From positions 960,001 through 1,024,000 of the forward strand of contig OY729427.2 in NCBI GenBank assembly GCA_963422375.2: a stretch of 64,000 nucleotides of DNA. The letters run 5' to 3'. Made by a program: the position numbers and the translations under genes. The notes under the pieces are model-generated. The model saw only the letters and a list, made by a program, of their open reading frames with translations. It ran no database searches and had not been told where the DNA came from. Shown here piece after piece: positions 1-12,623 of the stretch (position 1 is its first letter; each line of letters starts with the position of its first letter). Source of the DNA: Bryobacterales bacterium (GTDB lineage Bacteria > Acidobacteriota > Terriglobia > Bryobacterales > UBA6623).

Positions 1-2
1 CG

Positions 3-1367
3 CGCGAGCGGCTGGACTGCCCCGACTTGGCGATCGAGGGACGCTGGCCCGCCGGGCTCGAGGGGACCTTCTACCGGAACGGGCCGGGCTGCCACGAAAC
101 GGGCGGCCGGCGCTTGCACCACTGGTTCGACGGGGACGGGATGGTCCAGGCGTTCGCGATGTCGGGCGGGCGCGTGCGCCATTCCGGCCGGTTCGTCGAG
201 ACTCGCAAGCGCGTCGCGGAGAAGGAGGCCGGCCGCATGCTCTGGCCGGCCTTCGGCACGGCGGTCGCCGATCCCGCGCCCCTGACAGGCCCGGACACGG
301 TGAACGCGGCGAACATCAGCCTGCTGCATCACGCGGGCGAGCTGCTCGCCCTCTGGGAGGCCGGATCCGCCCACCTCATGGCGCCCGACACGCTCGAGAC
401 CTTGGGGCCGAAGGCCTGGTCGTCCGAGCTGGCGGGCGCCCCCTTCTCGGCGCATCCGAAGGTCGAGCCCGACGGAACGCTCTGGTCGTTCGGATACGCC
501 CTCCACCAAGGCCTGCTCGCCCTGTACCGGATCGACCCCGCGGGCCGGGTGACGACCGTCGGCACGATCGGCGTGAAGGATCTCGGGATGGTCCACGATT
601 TCGCGGTCACCGCCCGGCACGTGGTCTTCGTGCTGCCACCGCTCGTGTTCGAGCGCGAGCGCGCCGAGGAGCGCGGCACCTTCCTCGACGGACACGTCTG
701 GCGGCCGGAACTCGGCGTGCGCGTGCTGGCCGTGCGCAAGGAGGATTTCAGCCAGCGCCGCTGGTGGCAGCTGCCGGCCGGCTTCATGTTCCACTTCGGG
801 AACGCGTGGGAGGACGGCGGCGCGATCCATCTGGACTACTGCCTGGCCCCGGACGCGAGCGGGCTGACGAAGACGTTCCGCGAGATCATGCGCGGCGTCT
901 GGAGCCCGCCCACCGGACCGACGCGCTTCGCCCAGGTGACCCTCGGCCAAGGCGACGCCGTCGAGCAGCGCGTCGCGAGCCTGGCGGCCGAGTTCCCGCG
1001 AGTTGCGCCGGACGTTGTCGGGCGGCGGCATCGCCACGTCTACAGCCTGGCCGGCGATCCGGCGATCCGGCCGGGGGAGCGGTCGCTCGGCCTCGACCGC
1101 GCCGTGCGCTGGGATACCGAGACAGGGGACACGCAGGAGTTCTCCTACGGCAGCGGATTCCTTCCCGAGGAGCATGTCTTCGTCCCCCGCGCGGGCTCGC
1201 GCTCGGAGACGGACGGATGGCTGCTAGGGACCGCGCTGGACCTGCGGCGGGAAGCCACGCAACTGGCGGTCTTCGACGCCGCGCGCCTCGGAGACGGCCC
1301 CCTGGCCGTAGCGCGCCTGCCCTACCCCCTGCCGCTCGGGTTCCACGGCATCTACGTGGGCGCCTGA
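3..1367 (+). CDS. Carotenoid oxygenase (RPE65/lignostilbene dioxygenase family), probably 5'-truncated by the window edge
   Basis: Motifs YRNGPG, HWFDGDGM, SAHPK, MVHDF, FHFGNAWE, EFPR, C-terminal GFHG (iron-binding His set); frame open from base 3. Confidence 0.9.
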   Translation, partial: RERLDCPDLAIEGRWPAGLEGTFYRNGPGCHETGGRRLHHWFDGDGMVQAFAMSGGRVRHSGRFVETRKRVAEKEAGRMLWPAFGTAVADPAPLTGPDTVNAANISLLHHAGELLALWEAGSAHLMAPDTLETLGPKAWSSELAGAPFSAHPKVEPDGTLWSFGYALHQGLLALYRIDPAGRVTTVGTIGVKDLGMVHDFAVTARHVVFVLPPLVFERERAEERGTFLDGHVWRPELGVRVLAVRKEDFSQRRWWQLPAGFMFHFGNAWEDGGAIHLDYCLAPDASGLTKTFREIMRGVWSPPTGPTRFAQVTLGQGDAVEQRVASLAAEFPRVAPDVVGRRHRHVYSLAGDPAIRPGERSLGLDRAVRWDTETGDTQEFSYGSGFLPEEHVFVPRAGSRSETDGWLLGTALDLRREATQLAVFDAARLGDGPLAVARLPYPLPLGFHGIYVGA

Positions 1368-1404
1368 GAGCCCGCGGCGGGGCGGGAGGTTGGCGGCGAC
1401 AGAG

Positions 1405-1435
1405 GAGGGCCCGCGGCCGAACGCTGCGGGCCCTC
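1405..1435. terminator. GC-rich hairpin after the carotenoid oxygenase gene (possible terminator)
   Basis: gagggcccgcggc (1405-1417) pairs with gctgcgggccctc (1423-1435); weak U-tract. Confidence 0.4.
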
Positions 1436-1478
1436 TTCACGCGGCTCCGGCCCGGCGGGAGCGGGTACGATCAGAGGG

Positions 1479-2453
1479 GTGGCCGACTACCTAGCAAGCC
1501 TGGTCGAGCGAGCCAGAGCCAAGCGCTGCCGGATCGTCTTCCCGGAAGGGGACGATCCGAGGGTGCGCGAGGCCTGCGCCCGGCTGGCGCGGGACGAGGT
1601 AGTGCAGCCGTTGCTGGTGAGCGCCGACACCCGGTGCGCGCCCGGCGTCGATTGCGCCCATCCCGAGACGTCGGGCATGGCCGCGCGGTACGCCCGGATC
1701 TACCACGAGCGCCGCCGGCACCGCGGGGTCACCTCGGCCGAAGCCGAGCGGGTAGCCCGCAAGCCGCTCTACTACGCCGCGCTGATGCTCGAGAACGGCG
1801 ACGCGCAAGGCCTAGTGGGGGGAGCCAAGAACACCACGGCAACGACGCTGCGGGCGCTGATCGAGTGCGTGGGCGTGCGGCCGGAGTACAGGCTCGTCTC
1901 GAGCTTCATGGTGCAGGTCCATCCGGACCCGCGGTTCGGCAACGGCGGCGTCATGATCTTCTCGGACCCAGCGGTCGTGCCCGACCCGACGGCGAGCCAG
2001 CTCGCGGACATCGCCATCGCCGCCGCCCGGAACAGCCGCCAGCTGCTTGCCGCGGAGCCCTGCGTGGCCCTGCTGTCGTTCTCGACCAAGGGCAGCGCGC
2101 GGCACAAGCTGGTGGACAAGGTGATCGAGGCCCTGCGCATCGTCCGGGCGCGGGAGCCGGAACTGCGCGTCGACGGCGAGCTGCAGGCCGACGCCGCCCT
2201 GCTGGAGAGCGTCGGCGCGTCGAAGGCGCCCGGCTCGCCGGTCGCCGGCAAGGCCAACGTGCTGGTGTTCCCCGACCTCAACGCCGCCAATATCGGCTAC
2301 AAGCTGGCCGAGCGGCTGGGCGACGCCCAGTCCCTCGGGCCGTTCCTGCAGGGTCTCAACAAGCCCGCCAACGATCTATCACGGGGCTGCTCGATCGAGG
2401 ACATCTACTACGTGGCGGCGATCACGGCGCTGCAGGCGGCCGGCGAGGCCTAG
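1479..2453 (+). CDS. pta: Phosphate acetyltransferase
   Basis: [73 protein letters not shown]. Confidence 0.95.
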   Translation: MADYLASLVERARAKRCRIVFPEGDDPRVREACARLARDEVVQPLLVSADTRCAPGVDCAHPETSGMAARYARIYHERRRHRGVTSAEAERVARKPLYYAALMLENGDAQGLVGGAKNTTATTLRALIECVGVRPEYRLVSSFMVQVHPDPRFGNGGVMIFSDPAVVPDPTASQLADIAIAAARNSRQLLAAEPCVALLSFSTKGSARHKLVDKVIEALRIVRAREPELRVDGELQADAALLESVGASKAPGSPVAGKANVLVFPDLNAANIGYKLAERLGDAQSLGPFLQGLNKPANDLSRGCSIEDIYYVAAITALQAAGEA

Positions 2454-2691
2454 CCCCCCGCCCCTGCGCCTCCTCCCGCATCGCCACCGCCCACGCGAGG
2501 TACGCGGCCAGTCGTCGGCGTTCGCTCCAGGCGAACCGGAGGAACCGGCCCGGGCCGATCGAGTCCGCCTCCATGCCGGAGTAGGTCTCGATGCGCCAGC
2601 GCAGGTAGGGGCTGCGCCAGGGCCGCAGGCGGTAGCCTCTGGCCGCCTGCCAGAGGAAGCGGAGAGCTTCCGGCCAAGCTGGCGGGGTCAT
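2422..2691 (-). CDS. Small hypothetical protein ([17 protein letters not shown] motif)
   Basis: ATG just downstream of the VWA gene on the same strand; aromatic-rich, non-shadow composition. Confidence 0.6.
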   Translation of the reverse strand: MTPPAWPEALRFLWQAARGYRLRPWRSPYLRWRIETYSGMEADSIGPGRFLRFAWSERRRLAAYLAWAVAMREEAQGRGARPRRPPAAP

Positions 2692-2705
2692 GCGGTCGGA
2701 CGCGC

Positions 2706-3686
2706 TCAGTCGGCGTAGTAGCCCGGACGGTAGCGCACCTTGTTGCTCTTGGCGCTGCCCTTCAGCTCGATGCGGATGCGCCGGTAGCCCGGAGGCTTTC
2801 CCTGCGGTCGCTGGTACTCGAGAATGTACTGGTTCCGGATATCCGCGGCGATGCGCCGCATCAGCGGCTCGACCTCGTCGAACGTGGCCGGGAAGTACGC
2901 CGGCCCCCCGGTCGGCCGGGTCAGGTTCCGGAGATGTCGTTCCGCGCGCCGGGCGGCCGCGCGCTCCTCGTCCGCGAGAATGCCCACGCCGTAGATCGTC
3001 ACGTCCGACGATTGCAGCTTGCGCACGAGAATCTCGAGATCCATGCGGCTGGAGGTGTCCTCGCCGTCGGTGATGACGAGCAGAGCGCGCTTGTTGTAGG
3101 TCTTATTGGCGTGCTCGGACAGGTGATCGAGGGAAATGCTGGTCGCGTCGTACAGAGCCGTGCCTCCGCGGGTGTCGATCCTCTGCAGGGCGTCCTGCAG
3201 TCGGTCCAGATTGCTGGTGAAGTCCTGGTCTAGGTAAGCCTCCTCGTTGAAATTCACGACGAACACCTCGTCCTGGGGATTCGACGCCTTGACGAACTCC
3301 ATCGCCGCGGCGTTCACCTGGCGCCGCCTGGGCCTCATGCTGCCCGAGTTGTCGATCACGAGGCCGATCGACACCGGAACGTCCTCCTGCGCGAAATAGC
3401 TCAGAGCCTGCGTCCTGTCGTCCTCGGCGACTTCGAAGGCCTCGCGCTCCAGATCCGTCACGAAGCGGTCCTGCCGGTCGACCACCGTCACGTGCAGCAC
3501 CACTCTCTCGGTCTCGACGCAGAAAGTGACTCCGGGGTCGCACGGGGCGCCCTCTCCCGACGACTGCGCGGGAGCGGCGGACGGCGCCAAGGCCGCGGCG
3601 AGGCCGGCCGCTACCACCGCCCGGCGGCAGGCCCCCGGAACGGCCCTAGCGGGTCGGCGCATAGTAGCCACTTCGATAGTAGGCAC
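2706..3686 (-). CDS. VWA-domain protein (Acidobacterial VWFA-related), exported
   Basis: MIDAS DNSGSM, GGTALYDA, VITDGED, LTRPTGG, IRNQYILEY; signal-like N-terminus; exact start uncertain. Confidence 0.88.
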   Translation of the reverse strand: MPTIEVATMRRPARAVPGACRRAVVAAGLAAALAPSAAPAQSSGEGAPCDPGVTFCVETERVVLHVTVVDRQDRFVTDLEREAFEVAEDDRTQALSYFAQEDVPVSIGLVIDNSGSMRPRRRQVNAAAMEFVKASNPQDEVFVVNFNEEAYLDQDFTSNLDRLQDALQRIDTRGGTALYDATSISLDHLSEHANKTYNKRALLVITDGEDTSSRMDLEILVRKLQSSDVTIYGVGILADEERAAARRAERHLRNLTRPTGGPAYFPATFDEVEPLMRRIAADIRNQYILEYQRPQGKPPGYRRIRIELKGSAKSNKVRYRPGYYAD

Positions 3687-4650
3687 GCAGCTCGGGCATA
3701 CCCCGGATCTTGCGGATCTCGACCTTCACGCGGCGCCACTTCCCGTCCTTCTGCGTGTTCTCGGGGATGTATCCCAGGACGTATTGGTTGCGCAGCTCGA
3801 TGCCGATCTTCTCGGCGATGTCGGGAAGCTCGTTGACGTTCTGGACGGCGAACTGCCGCCCTCCCGTAGCTTCCGCGATCTCCGTCAGCAGGCCCGGACC
3901 GGCGGCCTCCTCCGGCGTCCGCCCCCGCGTAGAGTACGGCTCGTAGATCCCGATCGCGTAGATTTGCACGTCGGACTCGCGCACGGTGCGCTTGATCTCG
4001 CGCGGCGTGTAGCGGCTGGAATTGTCCCCGCCGTCGGATATCACAAGCAACGCCTTCTGGCTGTTGCGTGCCTGCTTCATCTGATTCAGCGCGAGGTAGA
4101 TCGCGTCCAGCAGCGCCGTGCGGCCCTTCGACCGCACGAACGTCAGGCGGCTCTGGATCTCCTCGAGACTGCGCGTGAAACCCGTCACCATCTCGGGGCG
4201 GTTGTTGAACTGCACGAGGAAGAACTCGTCCTCGGGATTCACGGTCTTGAAGAACTGCGAGACGGCCTCGCGGGCCTTGCTCATCTTGTAGCCCATGCTG
4301 CCGGACGCGTCAAAGACCACGGCCAGCGACAGCGGCGCCTCCTCGGCGCCGAACTGCTCAATCACCTGCTTCCTGTTGTCTTCCTTCACGAGGAAGTGCG
4401 CCTTGCCGAGGCCGGTCACCATGCGGCCCGTCGGGTCGGTGACGGTGACGTTGATCAGCGCCAAGTCGACGTCGACCTTGATGACGTCGCGGCTTCCGAA
4501 CTCCAGATCCAAGTCGCCGCTAGCGGACTCGGCCGTCGGCACTCGGTCCGCGTCGGCACCCAGCGCGAGGGCGACTGCCAAGGCGGGCAGGCAGGCCAGC
4601 GCAGGCCAGCGCAGGCCGAGGTAACGCCGCTTTCGCTCCGTGGTCCGCAT
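3646..4650 (-). CDS. VWA-domain protein (Acidobacterial VWFA-related), exported
   Basis: MIDAS DASGSM, GRTALLDA, ISDGGDNSS, EATGG, LRNQYVLGY; tandem paralog of the neighbour. Confidence 0.9.
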   Translation of the reverse strand: MRTTERKRRYLGLRWPALACLPALAVALALGADADRVPTAESASGDLDLEFGSRDVIKVDVDLALINVTVTDPTGRMVTGLGKAHFLVKEDNRKQVIEQFGAEEAPLSLAVVFDASGSMGYKMSKAREAVSQFFKTVNPEDEFFLVQFNNRPEMVTGFTRSLEEIQSRLTFVRSKGRTALLDAIYLALNQMKQARNSQKALLVISDGGDNSSRYTPREIKRTVRESDVQIYAIGIYEPYSTRGRTPEEAAGPGLLTEIAEATGGRQFAVQNVNELPDIAEKIGIELRNQYVLGYIPENTQKDGKWRRVKVEIRKIRGMPELRAYYRSGYYAPTR

Positions 4651-4865
4651 CGGCGACCGTTCAAGGCGACGGCTTCCGGAACGCCGCCGCGCTCGACAGC
4701 GCTATCAGCATAGCACCGCAACGTCCCGCTCGGCGACAGCTTCCGCGTCCCGGCAGGACGCCGACCGGCCCAAGTGGAGCGTCGGGGTCCCCGCGGTGAC
4801 GGAAGCGCTTCCGTCACCGGCGGGCCTGCCGCGCGAGACCGCCCGGGCGATCGGGCCAAGGGTGA

Positions 4866-6683
<1,818 letters not shown>

Positions 6684-6731
6684 CCCGCGGCGCGAGGGGG
6701 ACGGCAGGCGAGCGCCGGCCGCGGAGGCACC

Positions 6732-7730
6732 ATGCTGAGGATCGGACAGTTCGGAGCGGGCCGGATCGGCCGCATGCACGCGAGGAACCTAGCGGCGCAC
6801 CCGCGCGTGGAACTCGCGGCCATCTACGACGTGGACGCCGGGGCCGCAGCCGCGGCGGCCGCGGAGTGCGGCGCGCGGGCCGCGGCGGCCGCCGGGGAGA
6901 TCCTGGGGGACACCGCGGTCGACGCCGTGCTGATCGCGTCCTCGACCGACACCCACTGCGACCTGCTCGAGCGCGCGGCCCGGACCGGCAAGGCCGTCCT
7001 TTGCGAGAAGCCGATCCATCTCGACATCCGCCGGGTCGACGCCTGCCGGAAAGCCGTCGAGAGCGCCGGCGTGCCGGTGCAGATCGGATTCAACCGGCGC
7101 TTCGACCCCGGCCACGCCGCTCTTCGCGAGGCCGCCCGCGCGGGCGAGCTCGGACGTCTCGAGCAGGCCGTCATCACCAGCCGCGACCCGGCCCCGCCAA
7201 GCCTCGACTACTTGCGGGAGTCCGGCGGCATCTTCCGCGACATGGCGATTCACGACTTCGATCTCGCACGGTTCCTGTTCGACGAGGAGCCCGTCGAGGT
7301 CACTGCCATGGGAGCGGTGCTGACGGACGAACGGATCGGCGAGATCGGAGATTTCGACGCGGCGATGGCCGTGCTGCGGATGGAGTCCGGCGCGCTGTGC
7401 CACATCAACTGCTCGCGACGCTGCACGTACGGCTACGACCAGCGCATCGAGCTGTTCGGCGAGAGGGGCATGATGGTATCGGAAAACCCGACCCCTACCA
7501 GCGTCGCCCGGTTCAGCGCCACGGCGACCGGGGCGCGAGACCGCCTCCACCATTTCTTCATCGAGCGCTACGCGCAGTCCTACCGGAGCGAGATCGACGC
7601 GTTCGTCGCGGCGGTCGACGGCGGCGACCAAGCGTCCCCGTCGTTCGAGGACGGCCGACGTGCATTGGTCCTGGCCAACGCCGCGCTGGAGTCCGCCGGG
7701 ACCGGACGCGCCGTGGCGGTCCGCGAATAG
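6732..7730 (+). CDS. iolG: Inositol 2-dehydrogenase (Gfo/Idh/MocA family)
   Basis: GAGRIG, STDTH, CEKP, GFNRRFDP, ITSRDP, SGGIFRDMAIHDFD, YGYDQRIE, FFIERY. Confidence 0.88.
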   Translation: MLRIGQFGAGRIGRMHARNLAAHPRVELAAIYDVDAGAAAAAAAECGARAAAAAGEILGDTAVDAVLIASSTDTHCDLLERAARTGKAVLCEKPIHLDIRRVDACRKAVESAGVPVQIGFNRRFDPGHAALREAARAGELGRLEQAVITSRDPAPPSLDYLRESGGIFRDMAIHDFDLARFLFDEEPVEVTAMGAVLTDERIGEIGDFDAAMAVLRMESGALCHINCSRRCTYGYDQRIELFGERGMMVSENPTPTSVARFSATATGARDRLHHFFIERYAQSYRSEIDAFVAAVDGGDQASPSFEDGRRALVLANAALESAGTGRAVAVRE

Positions 7731-7791
7731 GCCCGGAACCGCGCTCGGAAATCCCTCCGGGCAGCGCGCCCGGGGATATACTCCGGATGCG

Positions 7792-9132
7792 ATGCGACTG
7801 CTTGTCCCCGTGCTGCTCGCAGCGGCCGCGACCCTCCCCGCCCAGCAAGCCGAATGGAGCGCCGGGCTGGCGACGGTCGACATCACGCCGTCGGAGCCAG
7901 TTCCCATGGCCGGGTACGCTTCCCGGCGGGCCCCGTTCGAGGCGGTCGCCCAGCCCATCTACGCCAAGGCGCTGGCGTTGCGGGACCGCGAAGGCGGGCG
8001 GGCACTGCTGATCACCGCCGACATCCTCGGCTTCACCGCCGAGCGGTCGGCGTCAATCTGCCGGCGGCTCGAGGAGAGCGACGGCCTAGCGAGGGAGCAG
8101 GTCCTGCTCAACGCCTCGCACACGCACTCCGGCCCGCTGGTCGCTGGATCCATGCTCACCTCGGTGCCGGAGGCGGCCCGCGAGAGGATCCGGCGCTACG
8201 TCGGGGTCATGGAGGACAGGATCGTCGCGGCAGCCCGGAAGGCCCTGCAGGACCTACGTCCGGCGCACCTGTCATGGGGCCGCGGCGTGGCATCCTTCGC
8301 TATGAACCGGCGCGAGTTCACCGACCGCGGCGTCATTCTCGGCACGAACGCGAGCGGTCCCGCGGACCGGACGGTACCCGTCCTGCGGGTGGCAGGCGCC
8401 GACGGCAGCCCGCGGGCGGTGGTCTTCGGCGCCGCGTCGCATTGCACCACGCTGACGGGCCGCAACATGCTCCTCGGCGGGGACTACGCCGGGTACGCCC
8501 AGGAGTTCCTCGAAGTGCGCCGACCGGGGGTACAGGCGATGTTCGTGACGGGCTGCGCCGGCGACGCCAACCCCTACCCTCGCGGGACCATCGACCTGGC
8601 CCGGCGCCACGGCAGCGAGCTGGCCGCGGCGGTCGAGCAGGTCCTCGGAGGCGAGCTGCGCCCGCTGCGCGGACCGCTCCGGACGGAATTCCGGCAGGTC
8701 GACCTGCCACTCGCCGAGCACACCAAGGAGCGGATTCTGGAAATGCACGACGGAGCGCCGTCCTACCGGCGCTTCTTCACGCAGGGCGCGCTCGCGAAGC
8801 TGGAGCGAGGCCGGCCCCTGCTGCGGTCCTACTCCGCCCCGTTCGCCCTGTGGCGCTTCGGCTCGGATCTGACGCTCGTGGCCTTCAGCGGCGAAACGGT
8901 GGTGGACTACGTGCGGCTGACGCAGGAGGCGCTCGGGCCCCTCAACCTGTGGGTCAGCGGCTACAGCAACGACGTCTTCGGATACCTGCCTACCTCGAGA
9001 ATCCTGAGAGAGGGCGGCTACGAAACGCGCGGGCTGTACGTGGAGTACGGACTGTTTCGGCCCGGCGTGGAAGACGCGGTGATGGCCGCGGTCAGGGACA
9101 TGGCCCGCAAGGCGGGACGGCTCAAGGACTGA
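7792..9132 (+). CDS. Neutral/alkaline non-lysosomal ceramidase N-terminal domain protein, secreted
   Basis: Signal peptide MRLLVPVLLAAAA; DITP..MAGY, NASHTHSGP, GDYAG, GCAGDANP, GYSND..GY.P, EGGYE. Confidence 0.82.
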   Translation: MRLLVPVLLAAAATLPAQQAEWSAGLATVDITPSEPVPMAGYASRRAPFEAVAQPIYAKALALRDREGGRALLITADILGFTAERSASICRRLEESDGLAREQVLLNASHTHSGPLVAGSMLTSVPEAARERIRRYVGVMEDRIVAAARKALQDLRPAHLSWGRGVASFAMNRREFTDRGVILGTNASGPADRTVPVLRVAGADGSPRAVVFGAASHCTTLTGRNMLLGGDYAGYAQEFLEVRRPGVQAMFVTGCAGDANPYPRGTIDLARRHGSELAAAVEQVLGGELRPLRGPLRTEFRQVDLPLAEHTKERILEMHDGAPSYRRFFTQGALAKLERGRPLLRSYSAPFALWRFGSDLTLVAFSGETVVDYVRLTQEALGPLNLWVSGYSNDVFGYLPTSRILREGGYETRGLYVEYGLFRPGVEDAVMAAVRDMARKAGRLKD

Positions 9133-10762
9133 GCGGGGCTCGCGAGGCCTTCGCTCGCGACGTCCTCTCGCGCACGCGCACCAACTGCCTTCGGGCCTCG
9201 GCGTGGCCGGGATGCCATGCGAGAACGGCCGCCAGCGCGGCTTGGGCGGTGGCCAGTTCGCCCGCCTCGAGCGCAAGGCCCGCCAGGATCCGCTGGGCAT
9301 CGGTCTTGCTCGGCGCGAGATCCACGCAAGTGCGCAGCGCCCGGAGCGCCTCCTCCAGCCGCCCGGCGGCCTGCAAGGCGAGGCCCCGCTGGAAATGCGC
9401 TTCCGCCCGCTCGGGGTTGATCCGGAGCGCGGCGTCCAGCGCCTCCAGGACGCGGTCCGAGCCGTGCCCGGCGCGGCGTCGGGCGACCCCGAGGTAGAGG
9501 TGGGCGTCCTCGAAGTCCGGGCTGGCACCGATCGCTTGCCGGAACGCCTCGATCGCCGCGGGCGCGTCACCCTCTTCCAGCCGGCTCCTGCCGTTGCGCA
9601 CGAGCAGGACCGCGCGCCCCATGCCGGCCTGCCGCGCCGCCACTGCGTCGGATCGCTCGCTGGCCGCCCGCGCCTCGTCGTCCCGGCCCGTGCGCCGGTA
9701 CGCCCGAGCGAGATTGCGATGGGCCTTGACCATCAGCGGGGCGCGTCGAATCGCCTCTTCGAAATGCAGGATCGCGGCGTTCGCGTCACCGAGCCGCAGC
9801 AGCACCGCGCCCAAGGTGTTCCGGGCGTCCGAGTCTGCGGGAAACTCCCTCACGGCCCGTTCCAGCTCGCGCGCGGCGGCCGGGACATCCCCGGCCTGCT
9901 GGAGGGCCGCTCCAAGAGCCCGTCTCGCTCCGGGATGCCTCGGGTCCGCCTCCAAGGCGGAGCGGAAACTGTCGGCCGCCGGGCCCAAGTCCCCGGTCTC
10001 CGTGAGGGCCAGCCCCAAGTTGTAGAGCGCTTGCGGATTGCCCGGTTCGAGGCCAACCGCCTTCCGCAGCGCGGCGACCGCGCCCGCGCCGTCGCCCGAT
10101 TCGGCCAGCGCGATCCCCAAGGCCAGCGGGGCGCGCGGGTTGCCCGAATCCGCCGCGCTGGCCGCCCGGAGGTGGGCCACGGCTTCCTCGATCTCCCCTT
10201 CGCGCTGCAGCAGGATCCCGAGGTTGAAGCGGGCTTCCCCGAAACCGGGAGCCCGGCGCACGATTTCGCGAAGCAGCCTCGCGGCCCCGCGGGTGTCGCC
10301 CCGCGCGCTGAGGGCGGCGCTCAGCATGTAGCGCGCAGGCAGGAGATCGGGAGCCGACCGCACGGCGTCGTGATACGCGCCGAGGGCCTCGTCGGCACGG
10401 CCGGCGCGTTCGAGCGCCATGCCCCGGTGGAAATGGCCCTCGGCGTAATCGGGGTCGATCGCGACGGCCCGCTCGAATTGCTCCAGCGCGTCTGCCAGCC
10501 GACCGCTCTCGGCCTGGATGACGCCGATCGCGCGGTGCGACTCCTTGTCGGCCGGATCCGCCTCGATCGCGGCGTGGAAATAGCCGAGGGCGGCTTGCGG
10601 GCTGCCCTCCTCGAGATACCGCAGCCCCTTCTCTCGGTGCGAGGCGGCGACCTCGACGGAAGCAGGCTCCTGGGCCGCCGCGCCGGAGGCGAGAGCCAAG
10701 GCCGCCGCGAGAACGGCGAGCGGGCGCTCGGTCCACCCGCCGAAGCGCCCCCGGCCCGCCAT
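9122..10762 (-). CDS. Tetratricopeptide-repeat protein, exported
   Basis: Many 34-aa TPR units (A.YNLG.AL, P...EA); hydrophobic N-terminus after ATG 10762. Confidence 0.88.
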   Translation of the reverse strand: MAGRGRFGGWTERPLAVLAAALALASGAAAQEPASVEVAASHREKGLRYLEEGSPQAALGYFHAAIEADPADKESHRAIGVIQAESGRLADALEQFERAVAIDPDYAEGHFHRGMALERAGRADEALGAYHDAVRSAPDLLPARYMLSAALSARGDTRGAARLLREIVRRAPGFGEARFNLGILLQREGEIEEAVAHLRAASAADSGNPRAPLALGIALAESGDGAGAVAALRKAVGLEPGNPQALYNLGLALTETGDLGPAADSFRSALEADPRHPGARRALGAALQQAGDVPAAARELERAVREFPADSDARNTLGAVLLRLGDANAAILHFEEAIRRAPLMVKAHRNLARAYRRTGRDDEARAASERSDAVAARQAGMGRAVLLVRNGRSRLEEGDAPAAIEAFRQAIGASPDFEDAHLYLGVARRRAGHGSDRVLEALDAALRINPERAEAHFQRGLALQAAGRLEEALRALRTCVDLAPSKTDAQRILAGLALEAGELATAQAALAAVLAWHPGHAEARRQLVRVRERTSRAKASRAPLSP

Positions 10763-10826
10763 CGAATTCCAGTATGCGGGCCAGCGCGGCCGCGAGCGCC
10801 GACCCAAGTCCGGTCGCCGAAACCGC

Positions 10827-12419
10827 TCAGGGCGAGCCTTGGCGAACGATACGCAGCAGGCCGCCCTGCGCGAATTCATCCCTGTCCTCCGCCTTCCGCT
10901 CGCCGACAAGGGCGAGGAGATCCCTAGCCCGCTCGGCATTGCCCAGCCTGCGATGCACCTGGGCCAGCTGGTAGGTGGCCGAGACCTCGGAGGGATCGAT
11001 CTCACGCGCCCGCTCGAGATGTTCGACCGCGTCCTCCAGCGCGTTTCGTCGCGCCAGCATTTTCCCCAAGAGCAGGCGCGACTGGAACAGGCCCGGGTGC
11101 AAGGTCACCGACCTCTCCAGCGCCCCGACAGCCTCGGCTTCCTCGTCCGTGCCGGGACGGGCACCCGACCGCTGGATGGCTTCCGCTAGGAACCAAAGCA
11201 CCAGGTAGTCGTCCGGCCTCCCGTCGCGCAGGTCGCGCAGCACGCGGGCGGCGTCCGAGAGACGGTCCTGCTGCATTAGGACGAGCCCTAGAGCCGCCCC
11301 GGGCAGGCCCTCGTCGGGAGCGAGCTCCGCCGATCGCCTGAAGGCGTCCTCGGCATCCTCGAACCGACCCTTCATCGCCAAGGCGACGCCGCGCTGGAGA
11401 TGCAGCCGGTGGGCATCGGGCAGGCGCTCGACGGAGATGTCCGAGATCTCGACACCGAGGTCGAAGTTCTCGTGGTCGAGGCACAGAGCAACGAGGTCGA
11501 CGTAATTCGACTCCTCCAATGGTTCCAAATCGGTCGCCTCGCGCAGGGCGTCGTAGGCGCGCTTGGTGTCTCCCGACGACTCGTACGCCTGCGAGAGCAA
11601 ATTCAGCAGCTCGGCAGTGCGGTGGCCCGCATCCAGTAGCGCTTCGCCCTCCCGGACCGCCTTCTCGGGCTGCCCGCTCCTGACGCGGGACAGCACCCGG
11701 TTGAAGCCCAGCTCGTAGGGGTCGGCGTCGGACCCTTCCGCAAGGTCGAACTCGCGCGCCGCCAGCGCGAAGCGCCCGAGGCGTGCCAGCATCAGGCCCG
11801 CCCGGAAGTGCAGCCGCGGGTGGGCCTCTCCCGGAATCCTTTCCAGCGCGAGTGCGGCCTGCTCGGGCCGGCCCGTCTCGAGCAGGGAGGTAGCGAAGTT
11901 GACCAGCAGCTTAGAGTCGCTACCGAGAAGTCCGTGGCTCTGCTCGAAGTGCATGACAGCCTTGGCGTGTCGGCCCGAGGCGAAAGCGACCTCGGCAAGA
12001 CCGAGGTGGGCCATCGGATCGCCCCGCGAGACCTGCAGCAACCGCTCGAAGTAGGTCTCGGCGGCTTGCGGGCGGCCGCGAGACATCTCGTGAAGAGCTA
12101 GGTTCTTCAGGGCGGATGGATAGCCCGGCTCAAGCTCTAGCGCCCGGCGGAACTCCCCGGCAGCAGCGTCGGCGTCGCCGCCGGAGGAGAGCGCGATGCC
12201 CAGCGTGTTGTGGAGACGGGCGTTGCCCGGAACTGCCGCTACGATCTCGCGCAGCAGCGATGCCGCCCCGGCCCATTCGCCTTCCCGCATGAGCGCGACC
12301 GCCCGCTGGTAGCGGTCACGGGGCGACTGCGCAGAAGCGACAAGCGGCGCGAGCGCAAGGGCCGCCATCGCGGCACCCGCCGCCAGTCGAGCCCGCAGGC
12401 ATTCGCCGCCCATCCGCAT
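10827..12419 (-). CDS. Tetratricopeptide-repeat protein, exported
   Basis: TPR units (LHNTLGIAL, AHLGLAE, ATYQLAQVHRRLG); signal peptide; start uncertain. Confidence 0.88.
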   Translation of the reverse strand: MRMGGECLRARLAAGAAMAALALAPLVASAQSPRDRYQRAVALMREGEWAGAASLLREIVAAVPGNARLHNTLGIALSSGGDADAAAGEFRRALELEPGYPSALKNLALHEMSRGRPQAAETYFERLLQVSRGDPMAHLGLAEVAFASGRHAKAVMHFEQSHGLLGSDSKLLVNFATSLLETGRPEQAALALERIPGEAHPRLHFRAGLMLARLGRFALAAREFDLAEGSDADPYELGFNRVLSRVRSGQPEKAVREGEALLDAGHRTAELLNLLSQAYESSGDTKRAYDALREATDLEPLEESNYVDLVALCLDHENFDLGVEISDISVERLPDAHRLHLQRGVALAMKGRFEDAEDAFRRSAELAPDEGLPGAALGLVLMQQDRLSDAARVLRDLRDGRPDDYLVLWFLAEAIQRSGARPGTDEEAEAVGALERSVTLHPGLFQSRLLLGKMLARRNALEDAVEHLERAREIDPSEVSATYQLAQVHRRLGNAERARDLLALVGERKAEDRDEFAQGGLLRIVRQGSP

Positions 12420-12623
12420 CGTCGCTCCCGCCGGTCCCACCGCATCCGCGCCAGTGCGCCGCCCATAGCTTACGCTAGCTTACGCTGCAACCGGTCCGTC
12501 GCAGTCGGTCAGCTTCCAAGGCGGCCTCAATAATGGGAGTAGACTTCGGGCCCGGGTCCGGATGCAAGCCGGTCTAGCCGCGCTTCCGAAGCATCCGAGC
12601 AGCCCCGACAGCGATAGCCTAGA

